A stretch of DNA of 64,000 nucleotides, taken from assembly GCA_001823695.1 (NCBI GenBank), contig MHVD01000015.1, positions 2,445 to 66,444 of the forward strand, given 5' to 3'. This DNA comes from Candidatus Zambryskibacteria bacterium RIFCSPHIGHO2_01_FULL_43_25. Lineage in GTDB: Bacteria; Patescibacteriota; Minisyncoccia; Phycocordibacterales; Zambryskibacteraceae. The notes under the pieces are model-generated. The model was not told the origin of the DNA and made no database searches. It saw only the letters and a program-made list of their open reading frames with translations. Made by a program: the position numbers and the translations under genes. Shown here piece by piece: positions 1 through 9,070 of the stretch (position 1 is its first letter; every line of letters begins with the position of its first letter).

Positions 1-860
1 AAATCGTCCCAGCTCATCTCTTTTCGTCCTTCTGGCACAACACTGGTAATCAGCAGTTCGCCGTTCTCCAAACGAGCGTCTTTCACATTAACTCTTATTT
101 TTTTGCCTGACCCTTTGGGGTGTTCAGTGTAGAAGAAAGCCCCCGACCTCTCCGACAGAGCCATAATCTTGCGGATGTTATCAGCTGGATTATCTTTTAG
201 ATTAAGAAGTCCGTCTGCCGTGGTAAGTTTGCTGGTGAAAGTCGCCCTTGAATGATCTTGCGGCTGTGCTTGTATTTTCCCGGAAACCCAGTCGGGCAAA
301 ACACTGCTTAAAAGTTTGCCGCCTTCTTCGGCCAGAATCTCTTCAAGCTTGCTTAATTTTATCGGCCAGTCGTTAATATTGACCTTTTTTATTGCGACTG
401 TCGGTCCGTGGTCAAGCTCCTCGTCTATTTGCATTATCGTAACACCGGTTTCGTTTTCGGTAAGGATGGCCGATTGAATAGGGGACGGACCGCGAAGTTT
501 CGGCAGAAGAGAAGGGTGCACATTAAGGGTCTTTGCTTTTGGAATATCAAAAACATCTCTAGGAATCAGCTTTGCGTAAGCGGCTACGATGAAAACATCC
601 CAACCGCCTTTGGGCGTGTATTTTTTAAGCTCAATTTTGAAGGCATCATCCTTTAGGGTTTTCGGCTGAAGCACCGGAATTTGCCTGTTTTGCGCCCAAA
701 CTTTCGTGGCAGGAGGCGTGATTGTATGCTTTCGGCCCACCGGTTTGTCAGGCGCGGCAATCACAAGGTCGGGGGAAAAGCCGTTTTTCTCCAAAGTGGA
801 TAAGATATTTGCCGAGAACTGCGGTGTGCCGAAAAAGGCAAAGTGGATTTTTTTAGACAT
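1..860 (-). CDS. fmt: methionyl-tRNA formyltransferase, 3' end truncated by window edge
   Basis: Reverse-strand translation from ATG at 860 reads MSKKIHFAFFGTPQFS...NVHPSLLPKLRGPSPIQSAIL, the Fmt formyltransferase core motif; ATG overlaps def stop (ATGTCTAA). Confidence 0.85.
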   Translation of the reverse strand, partial: MSKKIHFAFFGTPQFSANILSTLEKNGFSPDLVIAAPDKPVGRKHTITPPATKVWAQNRQIPVLQPKTLKDDAFKIELKKYTPKGGWDVFIVAAYAKLIPRDVFDIPKAKTLNVHPSLLPKLRGPSPIQSAILTENETGVTIMQIDEELDHGPTVAIKKVNINDWPIKLSKLEEILAEEGGKLLSSVLPDWVSGKIQAQPQDHSRATFTSKLTTADGLLNLKDNPADNIRKIMALSERSGAFFYTEHPKGSGKKIRVNVKDARLENGELLITSVVPEGRKEMSWDD

Positions 861-1386
861 GTCTTTGGTGAAGTTTTTCCGGCGGGATGTCTTCTACCTC
901 TATAGCAGAATCGAGAAACAATATTCCCTCAAGGTGGTCAGTCTCGTGCTGGAAAATTTGCGCCATCAGCCCCGACGCGCCCTTTGTGAAAAAGTTGCCT
1001 TCCTCATCGTAGGCCCCAAGTACAACTTTCTTTGACCTTCGCACCTTGCCGTAAAGCCAGCGCGCCGAGAGGCAACCTTCTTCCATAAGCATTTTTTCGC
1101 GGGAACGCTTGGTGATCTTTGGATTTATAAAGACTGTATCCGGGTAGGGAACCTTTCCCTTCATTTCGCCTCTAATAATATTCATAACTCGGCCGGAGAT
1201 GACGAATATTCTCAAAAGCTCTCCAATCTGCGGGGCGGCAATAGCCACGCCGTCCTCTTGAGAGTCCAGCGCTTCTTTCATATCCGCGACAATTTTCCTG
1301 ATTTTTGTCCCCTTTATATCTTTGAGCGAAACCTCTTTTGATTTCTGGCGAAGAATCTTATCTTCCTTTTGGAATATCTCTACCAT
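853..1386 (-). CDS. def: peptide deformylase
   Basis: Motifs GVAIAAPQIG, EGCLS and QHETDHLEG are the three PDF signature motifs; classic def-fmt arrangement. Confidence 0.9.
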   Translation of the reverse strand: MVEIFQKEDKILRQKSKEVSLKDIKGTKIRKIVADMKEALDSQEDGVAIAAPQIGELLRIFVISGRVMNIIRGEMKGKVPYPDTVFINPKITKRSREKMLMEEGCLSARWLYGKVRRSKKVVLGAYDEEGNFFTKGASGLMAQIFQHETDHLEGILFLDSAIEVEDIPPEKLHQRHV

Positions 1387-1434
1387 ACCTCTAAATTATC
1401 ACAGCCGAGAATTAAGTTCAAAAATCCCGCATCT

Positions 1435-3327
1435 TTACAGCAAACTTTCCGGGTCCACCTTGACATTGAAATATGGCGGCAGAGCCTTGATTTTGTCCGA
1501 TAAGCCATGGTTTGGCCAGTCGTCAGGGGCAACCCTCAGAAGCATATTTTTGGAGAAATTGCCTTTCGGGCTCGGCAGAAGACTTTCAAAAATACGCGGT
1601 TCATATTCGGCAAATATCTTTTGCAGTTTTTCCATCTCTTTTTCTACGGCGAGTTTCCTGCCTTCCGCCGTGACTTTGATGAAAACTGAAAATGGGGGAT
1701 ACAGAAACTTTTTCCGTTCTTCTATTTCCTCCCGATAAAAATCAATCAAGTTGCCTCTCAATACAAAATCAAAAATCTTAGCATCCGCATTTCTAGTCTG
1801 TATCAAAAATTTCTTCTGTGAAAGTGAGCGCATTTTGACTAAAAGATAGAGAACTCTTTCATTTATTCTGAAGTCGGGAACGGAAAGCAGTGAGTCAATG
1901 GAAGCTACGGCACAAGCGCCCAATTTGCTGGACAGGAAATTCAGAGCCATCTCCGTGCCGATTAGGACGCTTCCCGGAGTTTCTTCAAAGCGCGAAATAA
2001 GTTCAACTGCTTTCTTTGGAGTGCTCACTCTTTCCTTATCCATCGAAAATGTCGGAATTTTTGGAAAAAGCTTCTTCAGCTCTTGTTCAACAAGCTCAAT
2101 GCCGATGCCCAGAGTCGTCAGTTTCCAGCTCTTGCAATTGACGCATCGCTCGGCGGCCCCGCGCCTCTCCCCGCAGCGGTTGCATTGGAAGAAATTTTCC
2201 TTGTCTCCCTTGCCGCTATAGAGCACGACCGGAGAGCTGCACCTATTGCACAAAACAACCTTGCCGCAATCTCCGCAGACGGTTGTCGGCGATAGGCCCT
2301 TTCTGGCGGAGAAGATAAACAAATGACTGTTGGTTTCTCTCGTTTCTCCAATGAGTGTTTCAAGTTCCGGACTTATGACTCTGAAATCCGAGCTGAATTT
2401 TCCCCGTTCGGTTTTCATGTCAATAATCATTCCTCTGGCCGGCGACAAGGGGCGGAACTTAAGCGGAGAAAACTCCACAAACTCCTCCTTGTCTTTTCTC
2501 CAGATTGTTTCTGCGGAGAGCATTATGTCGCCGGCAATGAAACGGGCGCCGGACAGTCTTGCAAACTTTTCGACGAATCTCCGCAGGTCAATGAAAGGTC
2601 TTGACTGCGTTCTAAAGTTGCGGGAATTTTCCCTGTCTAGAACGATTACTCGGACGTCACTTCGGCAGAGACAGAGGAATGAGGCAGTGGCGATTATAAG
2701 CAAGGGGTGGTCTTCATTCTCCAAAAGCGAGATTGATTCGCGGAACTCTCTCTTGCCCAATTCGCTGTGAAAAACCGCCGTGTATTTTTCTATACCCTTT
2801 GTAAGCAGGTCTCTCGTTCTTCTGATATCCTCAATTGTCGGTGCGCAGAAAAACACAGACGACCTTCGGGCAAACTCTTCTCTGATTAGACTTCTGTAGT
2901 TGGCGAACCGTTCTTCATCATCGGCTTGAATGAGCAGTTTCTCGTGACTGTTTGATCTCGGCGAAAATTGCCCTGTTCTGATTTTTGCCGCATTGTCTCG
3001 GATTATCTTCGGCAGAAGGGTATTTAGGGTCGCGCCGAGCGGGGTGGCAAACCACTCGGAAGTTTCCTGCGCCGCGAACATAAAAGTTTGTGACAAGAAG
3101 TTTTCAGTTTTTACTCCCCCGATTTTCTTTAAAGAGAAATCGGATTTTCGGATTTTGGTGCGGGCTGCCACCACCCCTTCGCTTTCAATGACTAGGGCGA
3201 GAGAGCTTTTTCTTCTTAAGGGCACTGAAACTAAAGCGCCCGCCGGTATGGAATCGGGTCCAAAATAGGTAAGAATTTCCTTTGAGACGCCTCTAGTTAT
3301 GGGTATAACCTTATAAATCTTCATCAA
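1435..3327 (-). CDS. priA: primosomal protein N' (PriA)-like, with degenerate Walker A/B
   Basis: 630 aa; C-terminal Cys4 zinc-finger cluster (CGDCG...CNRC...CNRCG...CVNCK) and helicase-core segment align to PriA. The GxGKT position reads EERFANYRS and DEEH reads DREN. Confidence 0.65.
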   Translation of the reverse strand: MMKIYKVIPITRGVSKEILTYFGPDSIPAGALVSVPLRRKSSLALVIESEGVVAARTKIRKSDFSLKKIGGVKTENFLSQTFMFAAQETSEWFATPLGATLNTLLPKIIRDNAAKIRTGQFSPRSNSHEKLLIQADDEERFANYRSLIREEFARRSSVFFCAPTIEDIRRTRDLLTKGIEKYTAVFHSELGKREFRESISLLENEDHPLLIIATASFLCLCRSDVRVIVLDRENSRNFRTQSRPFIDLRRFVEKFARLSGARFIAGDIMLSAETIWRKDKEEFVEFSPLKFRPLSPARGMIIDMKTERGKFSSDFRVISPELETLIGETRETNSHLFIFSARKGLSPTTVCGDCGKVVLCNRCSSPVVLYSGKGDKENFFQCNRCGERRGAAERCVNCKSWKLTTLGIGIELVEQELKKLFPKIPTFSMDKERVSTPKKAVELISRFEETPGSVLIGTEMALNFLSSKLGACAVASIDSLLSVPDFRINERVLYLLVKMRSLSQKKFLIQTRNADAKIFDFVLRGNLIDFYREEIEERKKFLYPPFSVFIKVTAEGRKLAVEKEMEKLQKIFAEYEPRIFESLLPSPKGNFSKNMLLRVAPDDWPNHGLSDKIKALPPYFNVKVDPESLL

Positions 3328-3397
3328 TCAAATACTAACCTCTGGCGGCCTTTTTGCACAAATTATTGCGGGAACGGAAAGTTTGTCGAAATAGAAG

Positions 3398-4174
3398 CTA
3401 CAAGTTGGCCTTTAATAAGGAGCCATTTTGGAGGATGAAGAAAGTTGCCCCATCTTCGGTGTAAAATCTGGTCTCCCCGTTTGTTCTTAAAATCGGTTGG
3501 AAATTTTGCGTACCGGCTCTGTTTATCTCTATGGCATAAACTCCTTCGCTATTTGCAAAAACCAAAACGTCTTCACGGTTCTTAAAGAAGGATAATGAGT
3601 AAATATTTGAAGCGGAGTCCAAAACCACAATACGTGAATCGCACTCGCCGCTGTCACAGAAGTAATATGGGGTTTCTGTCTTCTCTCCCGCCCATTCCGC
3701 AAAGATTGTATTCTTATCAACCCAAACTTTGAAATTGCTGTCACTCGATACAAGCGCGTTGCCCTCCCCAGCTAAGATGCCATTGTTTATCTGCGATAAA
3801 ATTTCTGAATAGTTCTCATCGTCGGACAATACTTCCTCCTGCTTCACAATCTTAGGCAGACTCCAGCTTGAGAGAGTTACGGCCGCGCTATTTTTTATGT
3901 CAATATTTTTTACCCAAGGCCAAAAACCGTCTTTTGCCACAATGAGAGAATAATTCTTTGACCTGAGATTTCTTGCTGTAAAAGTCTGGCTGTCAACCGA
4001 GGTGGTGGTTTTCTCCTTATTTTCAAAAAAGACTCTTGAGCCGGCTTCGGATATGTGAAGCTCTATAGAACCCTTGCCGCCTGATCCAGTTTTTAGCACA
4101 ACCAAAACAGCGGCTATTATCAAAACCGCGACAAGACCTCCAACCGCCCAAGCAGGTCTATTTTCTCTAGTCAT
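3398..4174 (-). CDS. hypothetical membrane-anchored protein
   Basis: 258-aa ORF with one N-terminal TM helix (WAVGGLVAVLIIAAVLVVL); no recognisable motif. Confidence 0.4.
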   Translation of the reverse strand: MTRENRPAWAVGGLVAVLIIAAVLVVLKTGSGGKGSIELHISEAGSRVFFENKEKTTTSVDSQTFTARNLRSKNYSLIVAKDGFWPWVKNIDIKNSAAVTLSSWSLPKIVKQEEVLSDDENYSEILSQINNGILAGEGNALVSSDSNFKVWVDKNTIFAEWAGEKTETPYYFCDSGECDSRIVVLDSASNIYSLSFFKNREDVLVFANSEGVYAIEINRAGTQNFQPILRTNGETRFYTEDGATFFILQNGSLLKANL

Positions 4175-4268
4175 ACGCTCACTAATATTACTTGAATCTG
4201 ATAAAAAAACAAATTTGGGGTCTTCTTGTTTTTTGACGCCAAAATATATAAGCTAGAGCTACTTTACA

Positions 4269-5288
4269 TTGTTTATGGCTCTATTTTCAAAAAAACTCGG
4301 CATTGACTTGGGCACAACCAGTGTTTTGGTCTTTTTGCCGGGCAAGGGGATAGTCCTCAATGAGCCGTCGGTTGTAGCCGTCTCCGAAGAGGATAATAGG
4401 ATTCTAGCCATAGGGTCTGAGGCCAAAGATATGATAGGCAAGACGCCGGAAAACATTATGGCCTACCGACCGATGAAAGACGGAGTTATCGCGGATTACA
4501 AGACTACCGAAGCGATGCTTCGCTATTACATAGGAAAATCTCTTGGCAAATGGAACATCATCAGGCCGGATGTGCTCATTTCCGTTCCCGCGGGAGTTAC
4601 TTCTACTGAACGCAGGGCTGTAATAGAGGCGGCTGTGAAGGCCGGCGCCAGAAACGCCTATGTCGTCAAAGAGCCGATACTTGCGGCAATCGGCGCCGGT
4701 ATTCCGATCCATGAACCGGTGGGATATATGATCGTGGATATCGGCGGGGGCACGACAGATGTCGCGGTTATATCACTCGGCGGTATTGTCGCTTCCACTT
4801 CGGTCAAGTGCGCCGGCAACAGAATTGACGCAGCCATAGCCGATTATATAAAGAAGACTTTTAACTTAGCCATAGGTGATAAAACCGCGGAAGATATAAA
4901 AATTCAGATCGGTTCAGCAATTCCGATGGACGAGGAGCTCTCCATGGCTATCAAAGGCAGAGATTATGTTTTGGGCTTGCCTCGGTCGGTTGAAATCAAG
5001 ACAAACGAGATTGTTAAAGCTATCGGCAGGGAATTGCGGGAAATGATAAAGGCCATAAAGGATGTGTTGCAAGAGACTCCTCCGGAACTGTCCTCGGATA
5101 TAATTGATCGCGGGATTATAATGACCGGCGGTTCGTCGCAGTTGCGCAATATGCCGGAGCTGGTTTTCAGAAGAACTGGCGTAAAGGCGACTTTGGCCAA
5201 AGACCCGATATATTGTGTTGTTCGAGGCACGGGTATCGCATTGGACCATCTTGATACTTACAAAAAAAGCATTATTGCCAAGAGGTAA
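4269..5288 (+). CDS. mreB: rod-shape protein MreB (paralog 1)
   Basis: Actin-fold motifs GIDLGTTS, EPSVVA, VDIGGGTTD; full-length MreB. Confidence 0.85.
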   Translation: MFMALFSKKLGIDLGTTSVLVFLPGKGIVLNEPSVVAVSEEDNRILAIGSEAKDMIGKTPENIMAYRPMKDGVIADYKTTEAMLRYYIGKSLGKWNIIRPDVLISVPAGVTSTERRAVIEAAVKAGARNAYVVKEPILAAIGAGIPIHEPVGYMIVDIGGGTTDVAVISLGGIVASTSVKCAGNRIDAAIADYIKKTFNLAIGDKTAEDIKIQIGSAIPMDEELSMAIKGRDYVLGLPRSVEIKTNEIVKAIGRELREMIKAIKDVLQETPPELSSDIIDRGIIMTGGSSQLRNMPELVFRRTGVKATLAKDPIYCVVRGTGIALDHLDTYKKSIIAKR

Positions 5289-5350
5289 CCCCCGGGGGCA
5301 GGGTTCAAACAGATAGCCCCCAATGCGCCCCACACGGGCGGACAAATAGA

Positions 5351-6013
5351 ATGGAGAGCATAAAAAAAGCCCTAAGAGAAAATTCCCTGCACCATGCCTA
5401 TATGATTTCGGGTAAGAGCGAGCATATCGTACCTTTGATTTTCTCCTGTCTTGAAGAGTCGGGTTTCAAAATTTCCGGCAATCCTGACATCTGGCATGTT
5501 GATTTTGACAACTTTGGGATAGAGGAAAGCCGGATTCTCAAAGAATTGAGTGTCAGAAAGTCCATAGGGGATAAAAAGTTTTTAATACTTTCAATATCGT
5601 CAATCTCTTCCGAAGCGCAGAACGCGCTTCTCAAACTCTTTGAAGATCCGACTCCGGGAACGCACTTTTTTGTCGTGGCTTCCAGCCCGAGTATTTTTAT
5701 CCCGACCTTATTGTCAAGATTTTTTGTTGTAGAAATTGCCGTTCCAGAGGGCGAGGAGGGCGAGACTGGCCTGAACCCCAAAAAATTTTTGAAAGCAAAC
5801 GTACCGGAGAGACTTGAAATGATAGAGAGTATAATTACCGACAAAGATAAAGAGAGCGCAATTAATTTCCTCAATTCTCTGGAAGGAGAGCTTTCCTCGG
5901 ACATTGCCAGCAACATGTTTCAAATAGAGGAGATACTCTCCGCCAAAAGAGAGCTAAAAAGCCGCGCGCCTTCCGTGAAAATGCTTCTTGAACACGTGGC
6001 TTGCGTCATGTAG
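5351..6013 (+). CDS. holB: DNA polymerase III delta'-like subunit
   Basis: HAYMISGKS (degenerate P-loop), NALLKLFEDP and TLLSRF resemble clamp-loader delta' boxes. Confidence 0.5.
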   Translation: MESIKKALRENSLHHAYMISGKSEHIVPLIFSCLEESGFKISGNPDIWHVDFDNFGIEESRILKELSVRKSIGDKKFLILSISSISSEAQNALLKLFEDPTPGTHFFVVASSPSIFIPTLLSRFFVVEIAVPEGEEGETGLNPKKFLKANVPERLEMIESIITDKDKESAINFLNSLEGELSSDIASNMFQIEEILSAKRELKSRAPSVKMLLEHVACVM

Positions 6014-6082
6014 CTTTTGATGTGCAACTTGTAACGTGCAAGTTTTTACTTTTTTTAATCAATGCTACAATAACCTCTGTAA

Positions 6083-6111
6083 GTTACAGGTTACAAGTTA
6101 TATGTTATAAG
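6083..6111 (+). promoter_or_regulatory. putative sigma70 promoter GTTACA-17-TATAAG, 7 nt before ATG (leaderless candidate)
   Basis: Hexamers read directly; ATG at 6119 starts 7 nt after the -10. Confidence 0.3.
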
Positions 6112-6118
6112 ATTAAAA

Positions 6119-6610
6119 ATGGTTCTAGCCACACACGCATTTGCAGGAGGAATATTAGCGGCCGCTATAACGGCGAATCCGGCCGTCGCCTTTGGAATCG
6201 GAGTCATAAGTCATTTTTTGCTTGATGCTATTCCTCATTGGGACTATTTTGACAAGCTGAAGTCTGCGCGGGTCAATAATGATAATTATCTGGATAATGA
6301 CATGGTCGTTGGCAAGTATTTTTTGCACGACCTGTCAATTATTGCGCTAGATTGTCTTATCGGAGTTGTCGCTCTCGCTGTGATTATCCTGTTCAGAACC
6401 CATCTTTTCTGGCCCGCACTGCTCGGAATGATAGGCGGAATTTTGCCGGATTTATTCCATTTTCTATACTACAAAATTCGCCGTGAGCCATTCACCTCAA
6501 TAGAGAAATTTCATCATTTTATTCATGCCAAGGACAGAGGTGTCGCGAGCATCCCCGGCATTGCTTTTCAATTTGCGATTTTGGTCGTCATTGCTCTGGC
6601 GGTTATGTAA
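6119..6610 (+). CDS. membrane-bound metal-dependent hydrolase (YdjM/DUF457-like)
   Basis: 163 aa, multi-TM, His/Asp pattern HFLLDAIPHWDY typical of DUF457. Confidence 0.4.
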   Translation: MVLATHAFAGGILAAAITANPAVAFGIGVISHFLLDAIPHWDYFDKLKSARVNNDNYLDNDMVVGKYFLHDLSIIALDCLIGVVALAVIILFRTHLFWPALLGMIGGILPDLFHFLYYKIRREPFTSIEKFHHFIHAKDRGVASIPGIAFQFAILVVIALAVM

Positions 6611-6640
6611 TTGATAATCTTTCCTTGTCTGATAGAATAT

Positions 6641-6770
6641 CCCGTAGTAGAAAATGACATAGTGAATAATCACAGGAAAATAGACAAAACAATGGACAAA
6701 AAGTCGATATTACCAAAAGCATCAATAAGACAACCTACTCCAAAAGAGTAATGTCATTTTTCACTACGGG
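6641..6770 (+). repeat. inverted-repeat element (family a): CCCGTAGTAGAAAATGACAT ... ATGTCATTTTTCACTACGGG abutting frr ATG
   Basis: 20-bp arms are near-perfect reverse complements; second copy at 41647-41766. Confidence 0.6.
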
Positions 6771-7325
6771 ATGACGTATAATTTTTCTCCATTAAAACAG
6801 AAAATCTCCGAGACCGAAGAATGGCTCCGGAAGGAATTTTCAACAATCAGAACCGGCCGAGCAACACCGGTTATTCTGGATGCGGTCAGAGTTGACTCTT
6901 ACGGTTCCAAAATGCCTATAAACCAGATTGGCAGTATCAGCGTGGAAGATCCGAAAACTCTGCGAATTGTCCCTTGGGATATGACGCAGATAAAACCGAT
7001 TGAAAAAGCTGTCGTTGAAGCCAACCTTGGACTCTCCGTGAATGTTGACGACAAGGGCTTGAGGGTGATTTTCCCCGAGCTGACAAGCGAACGCAGACAA
7101 TCTTTGGTAAAGGTTACAAAGCAAAAACTGGAAGAAGCTCGCATCGCCCTGCGGATAGAGAGGGAGAGGGTATGGGACGAAATACAAAATCAAGAAAAGA
7201 AAGGCGATATGGGCGAAGACGACAAGTTCCGTCTCAAGAATGATATGCAAAAAATAATTGACGAGGCGAATAAAAGACTTGAAGATTTCGGCGACAAGAA
7301 GGAGAAGGATATTTTAGAATCATAA
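6771..7325 (+). CDS. frr: ribosome recycling factor
   Basis: 184 aa; TIRTGRATP...DKGLRVIFPELTSERRQSL matches RRF. Confidence 0.9.
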   Translation: MTYNFSPLKQKISETEEWLRKEFSTIRTGRATPVILDAVRVDSYGSKMPINQIGSISVEDPKTLRIVPWDMTQIKPIEKAVVEANLGLSVNVDDKGLRVIFPELTSERRQSLVKVTKQKLEEARIALRIERERVWDEIQNQEKKGDMGEDDKFRLKNDMQKIIDEANKRLEDFGDKKEKDILES

Positions 7326-7360
7326 CGATTTGCCGACTGGCAAAGAGTATATGATTCTTA

Positions 7361-7460
7361 AACCCAGCACTTACTGATAAGCAAATGATAATAGACAAAG
7401 CGGTAAATTTACAAGAAAAAAACATTGATTTTAAGGACTTTACCGATAAGTGCTGGGTGG
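7361..7460 (+). repeat. inverted-repeat element (family b): CCCAGCACTTA ... TAAGTGCTGGG upstream of rseP
   Basis: 11-14-bp arms; second copy 21879-21986 upstream of mraZ. Confidence 0.45.
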
Positions 7461-7497
7461 TGATTTTTATAGTCACTCTGTTCTTTAACAATCTGCC

Positions 7498-8589
7498 ATG
7501 AGCATAATCCTTTTCATAATTTTACTTGCTGTCCTCATCTTGGTTCATGAACTAGGGCATTTTTTGGCTGCAAAGTGGGGCGGGGTCCGTGTTGATGAAT
7601 TCGGCATTGGCTTTCCTCCGCGAATTTGGGGGAGGAAAAAAGGCGAGACAACCTATTCTGTTAATGCCATACCTTTCGGCGGTTTTGTAAAAATATTTGG
7701 AGAAAATCCGGATGAAGAATCAATTTCCGGAGAGGGAAGTAGCCGAAGCATAGTAAATCGGCCGAAATATATTCAGGCGATAATTCTTGCCGCCGGAGTT
7801 TTATTCAATGTCATATTTGCCTGGATTTTGATTTCAATCGGGTTTATGAGCGGACTCCCGACGCCAGTCTCTTACGGTGGGAGTGTGCCTGTTGAGAATC
7901 CAAGGTTAGTTATTGTGGCTATCGCGCCAAATTCTCCAGCGGAAAAAGCACTCCTTCGTCCGGGAGACTCAATTACTGAAGTCAGAACTAAGAAGTTTCT
8001 CTTAAACGAGCTTAGCCCCGAAGGCGTCTCGGTTTTTATTGAGGCTCACAGTGATGAAACGATAGAGATGGCTTACAGCAGGGGCAACTTCTCTGATGAA
8101 GTCGCAATGATTCCGGAAGATGGCATAGTCGCTGGAAAAAAGGCAATAGGCATATCTATGGATATGATTGGCACTTTAAGTTTGCCTCTTCACTTGGCTC
8201 TCTGGGAAGGCGGCAAGACAACAGTCGGCCTGATCTCTGCGATTACCGTTGGGCTTGCTGATTTTATCGGCCAGAGTCTAAGTGGGAAGGGGAGTCTGGA
8301 TCAGATTACCGGCCCCGTGGGGATTGTCGGTCTTGTCGGAAATGTGACGGAGCTCGGATTTATTTATCTTTTGTCTCTGGCGGCTTTCATATCTATCAAT
8401 CTTGCTGTTGTCAATCTACTTCCTTTCCCGGCTCTTGACGGCGGACGCTTGATTTTTCTGGTGATTGAGACGGTCAAAGGAAGCCGTATAAATTCCAAAA
8501 TCGCCAATGGCCTGAACGCTGTCGGTTTCGTGCTCTTGATTATATTCATGATCGTAGTGACGGTGAATGATATTTTGAAAATTTTGTAG
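7498..8589 (+). CDS. rseP: site-2 protease RseP (zinc metalloprotease with PDZ)
   Basis: HELGHF zinc motif at N-terminus, multi-TM, C-terminal LDGG motif. Confidence 0.85.
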   Translation: MSIILFIILLAVLILVHELGHFLAAKWGGVRVDEFGIGFPPRIWGRKKGETTYSVNAIPFGGFVKIFGENPDEESISGEGSSRSIVNRPKYIQAIILAAGVLFNVIFAWILISIGFMSGLPTPVSYGGSVPVENPRLVIVAIAPNSPAEKALLRPGDSITEVRTKKFLLNELSPEGVSVFIEAHSDETIEMAYSRGNFSDEVAMIPEDGIVAGKKAIGISMDMIGTLSLPLHLALWEGGKTTVGLISAITVGLADFIGQSLSGKGSLDQITGPVGIVGLVGNVTELGFIYLLSLAAFISINLAVVNLLPFPALDGGRLIFLVIETVKGSRINSKIANGLNAVGFVLLIIFMIVVTVNDILKIL

Positions 8590-8602
8590 TTTGTTTTGCG
8601 GA

Positions 8603-8706
8603 CTATTTATACCAATGAGGAAAATGGGAAGATTATGAAAATTGGAAAAAATAAGGAAATTTCGGAACTTTCCTATACTAGTATTTTGCAAAACACTAGT
8701 ATAGGA
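8603..8706. repeat. composite repeat unit: half of palindrome d + conserved 47-bp linker + 36-bp palindrome c (TCCTATACTAGTATTTTGCAAAACACTAGTATAGGA)
   Basis: Same unit in inverse orientation at 58826-58955 (~90% identical). Confidence 0.6.
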
Positions 8707-8836
8707 AATACAAAAGGAGCCCCGCACCCGTGACCGCTCCAATGAATCCGCCGAGACCCACGACGAGACCCCAGCCGAAACCTCCTTTCGTCTCTTGGTT
8801 TTTCTTCTTGAGCCACTGCCAGACATATCTGAACAT
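8696..8836 (-). CDS. 46-aa Gly-zipper hydrophobic peptide (GC-rich small gene)
   Basis: Manual translation MFRYVWQWLKKKNQETKGGFGWGLVVGLGGFIGAVTGAGLLLYFLY; ~60% GC; AAGGA 10 nt upstream; stop lies inside palindrome c. Confidence 0.3.
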   Translation of the reverse strand: MFRYVWQWLKKKNQETKGGFGWGLVVGLGGFIGAVTGAGLLLYFLY

Positions 8837-8923
8837 AGCATCCGTCCTTGTTGAAGTTAATAAACTGTTTTCCGATGGTATTATAACAATATGTTGTTAA
8901 TAAGTCAAGAACATCACCCATAG

Positions 8924-8964
8924 CACCCACTTGGCGGTTTAACCGCCAAGTGGGTGTGTTTATT
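8924..8964 (+). terminator. intrinsic-terminator-like hairpin CACCCACTTGGCGG-TTTAA-CCGCCAAGTGGGTG + T-rich tail
   Basis: 14-bp perfect stem followed by TGTTTATT. Confidence 0.45.
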
Positions 8965-9070
8965 GCGGTATAAAAGGAACAACTTGTGCGAATTGTCCGG
9001 CGGGGAGGCGATATGCTGATTTACAGCCCGACAAATTGCTTAGAGGGTTTTTTTCTTGTAGTATCTTCTT

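Noticed and set aside
8416-8930. 141-aa and 85-aa - strand ORFs crossing palindrome c
   Set aside because: They traverse the repeat (YTSVLQNTSIGKF is palindrome translation) and lack any start signal; replaced by the 46-aa SD-led peptide.
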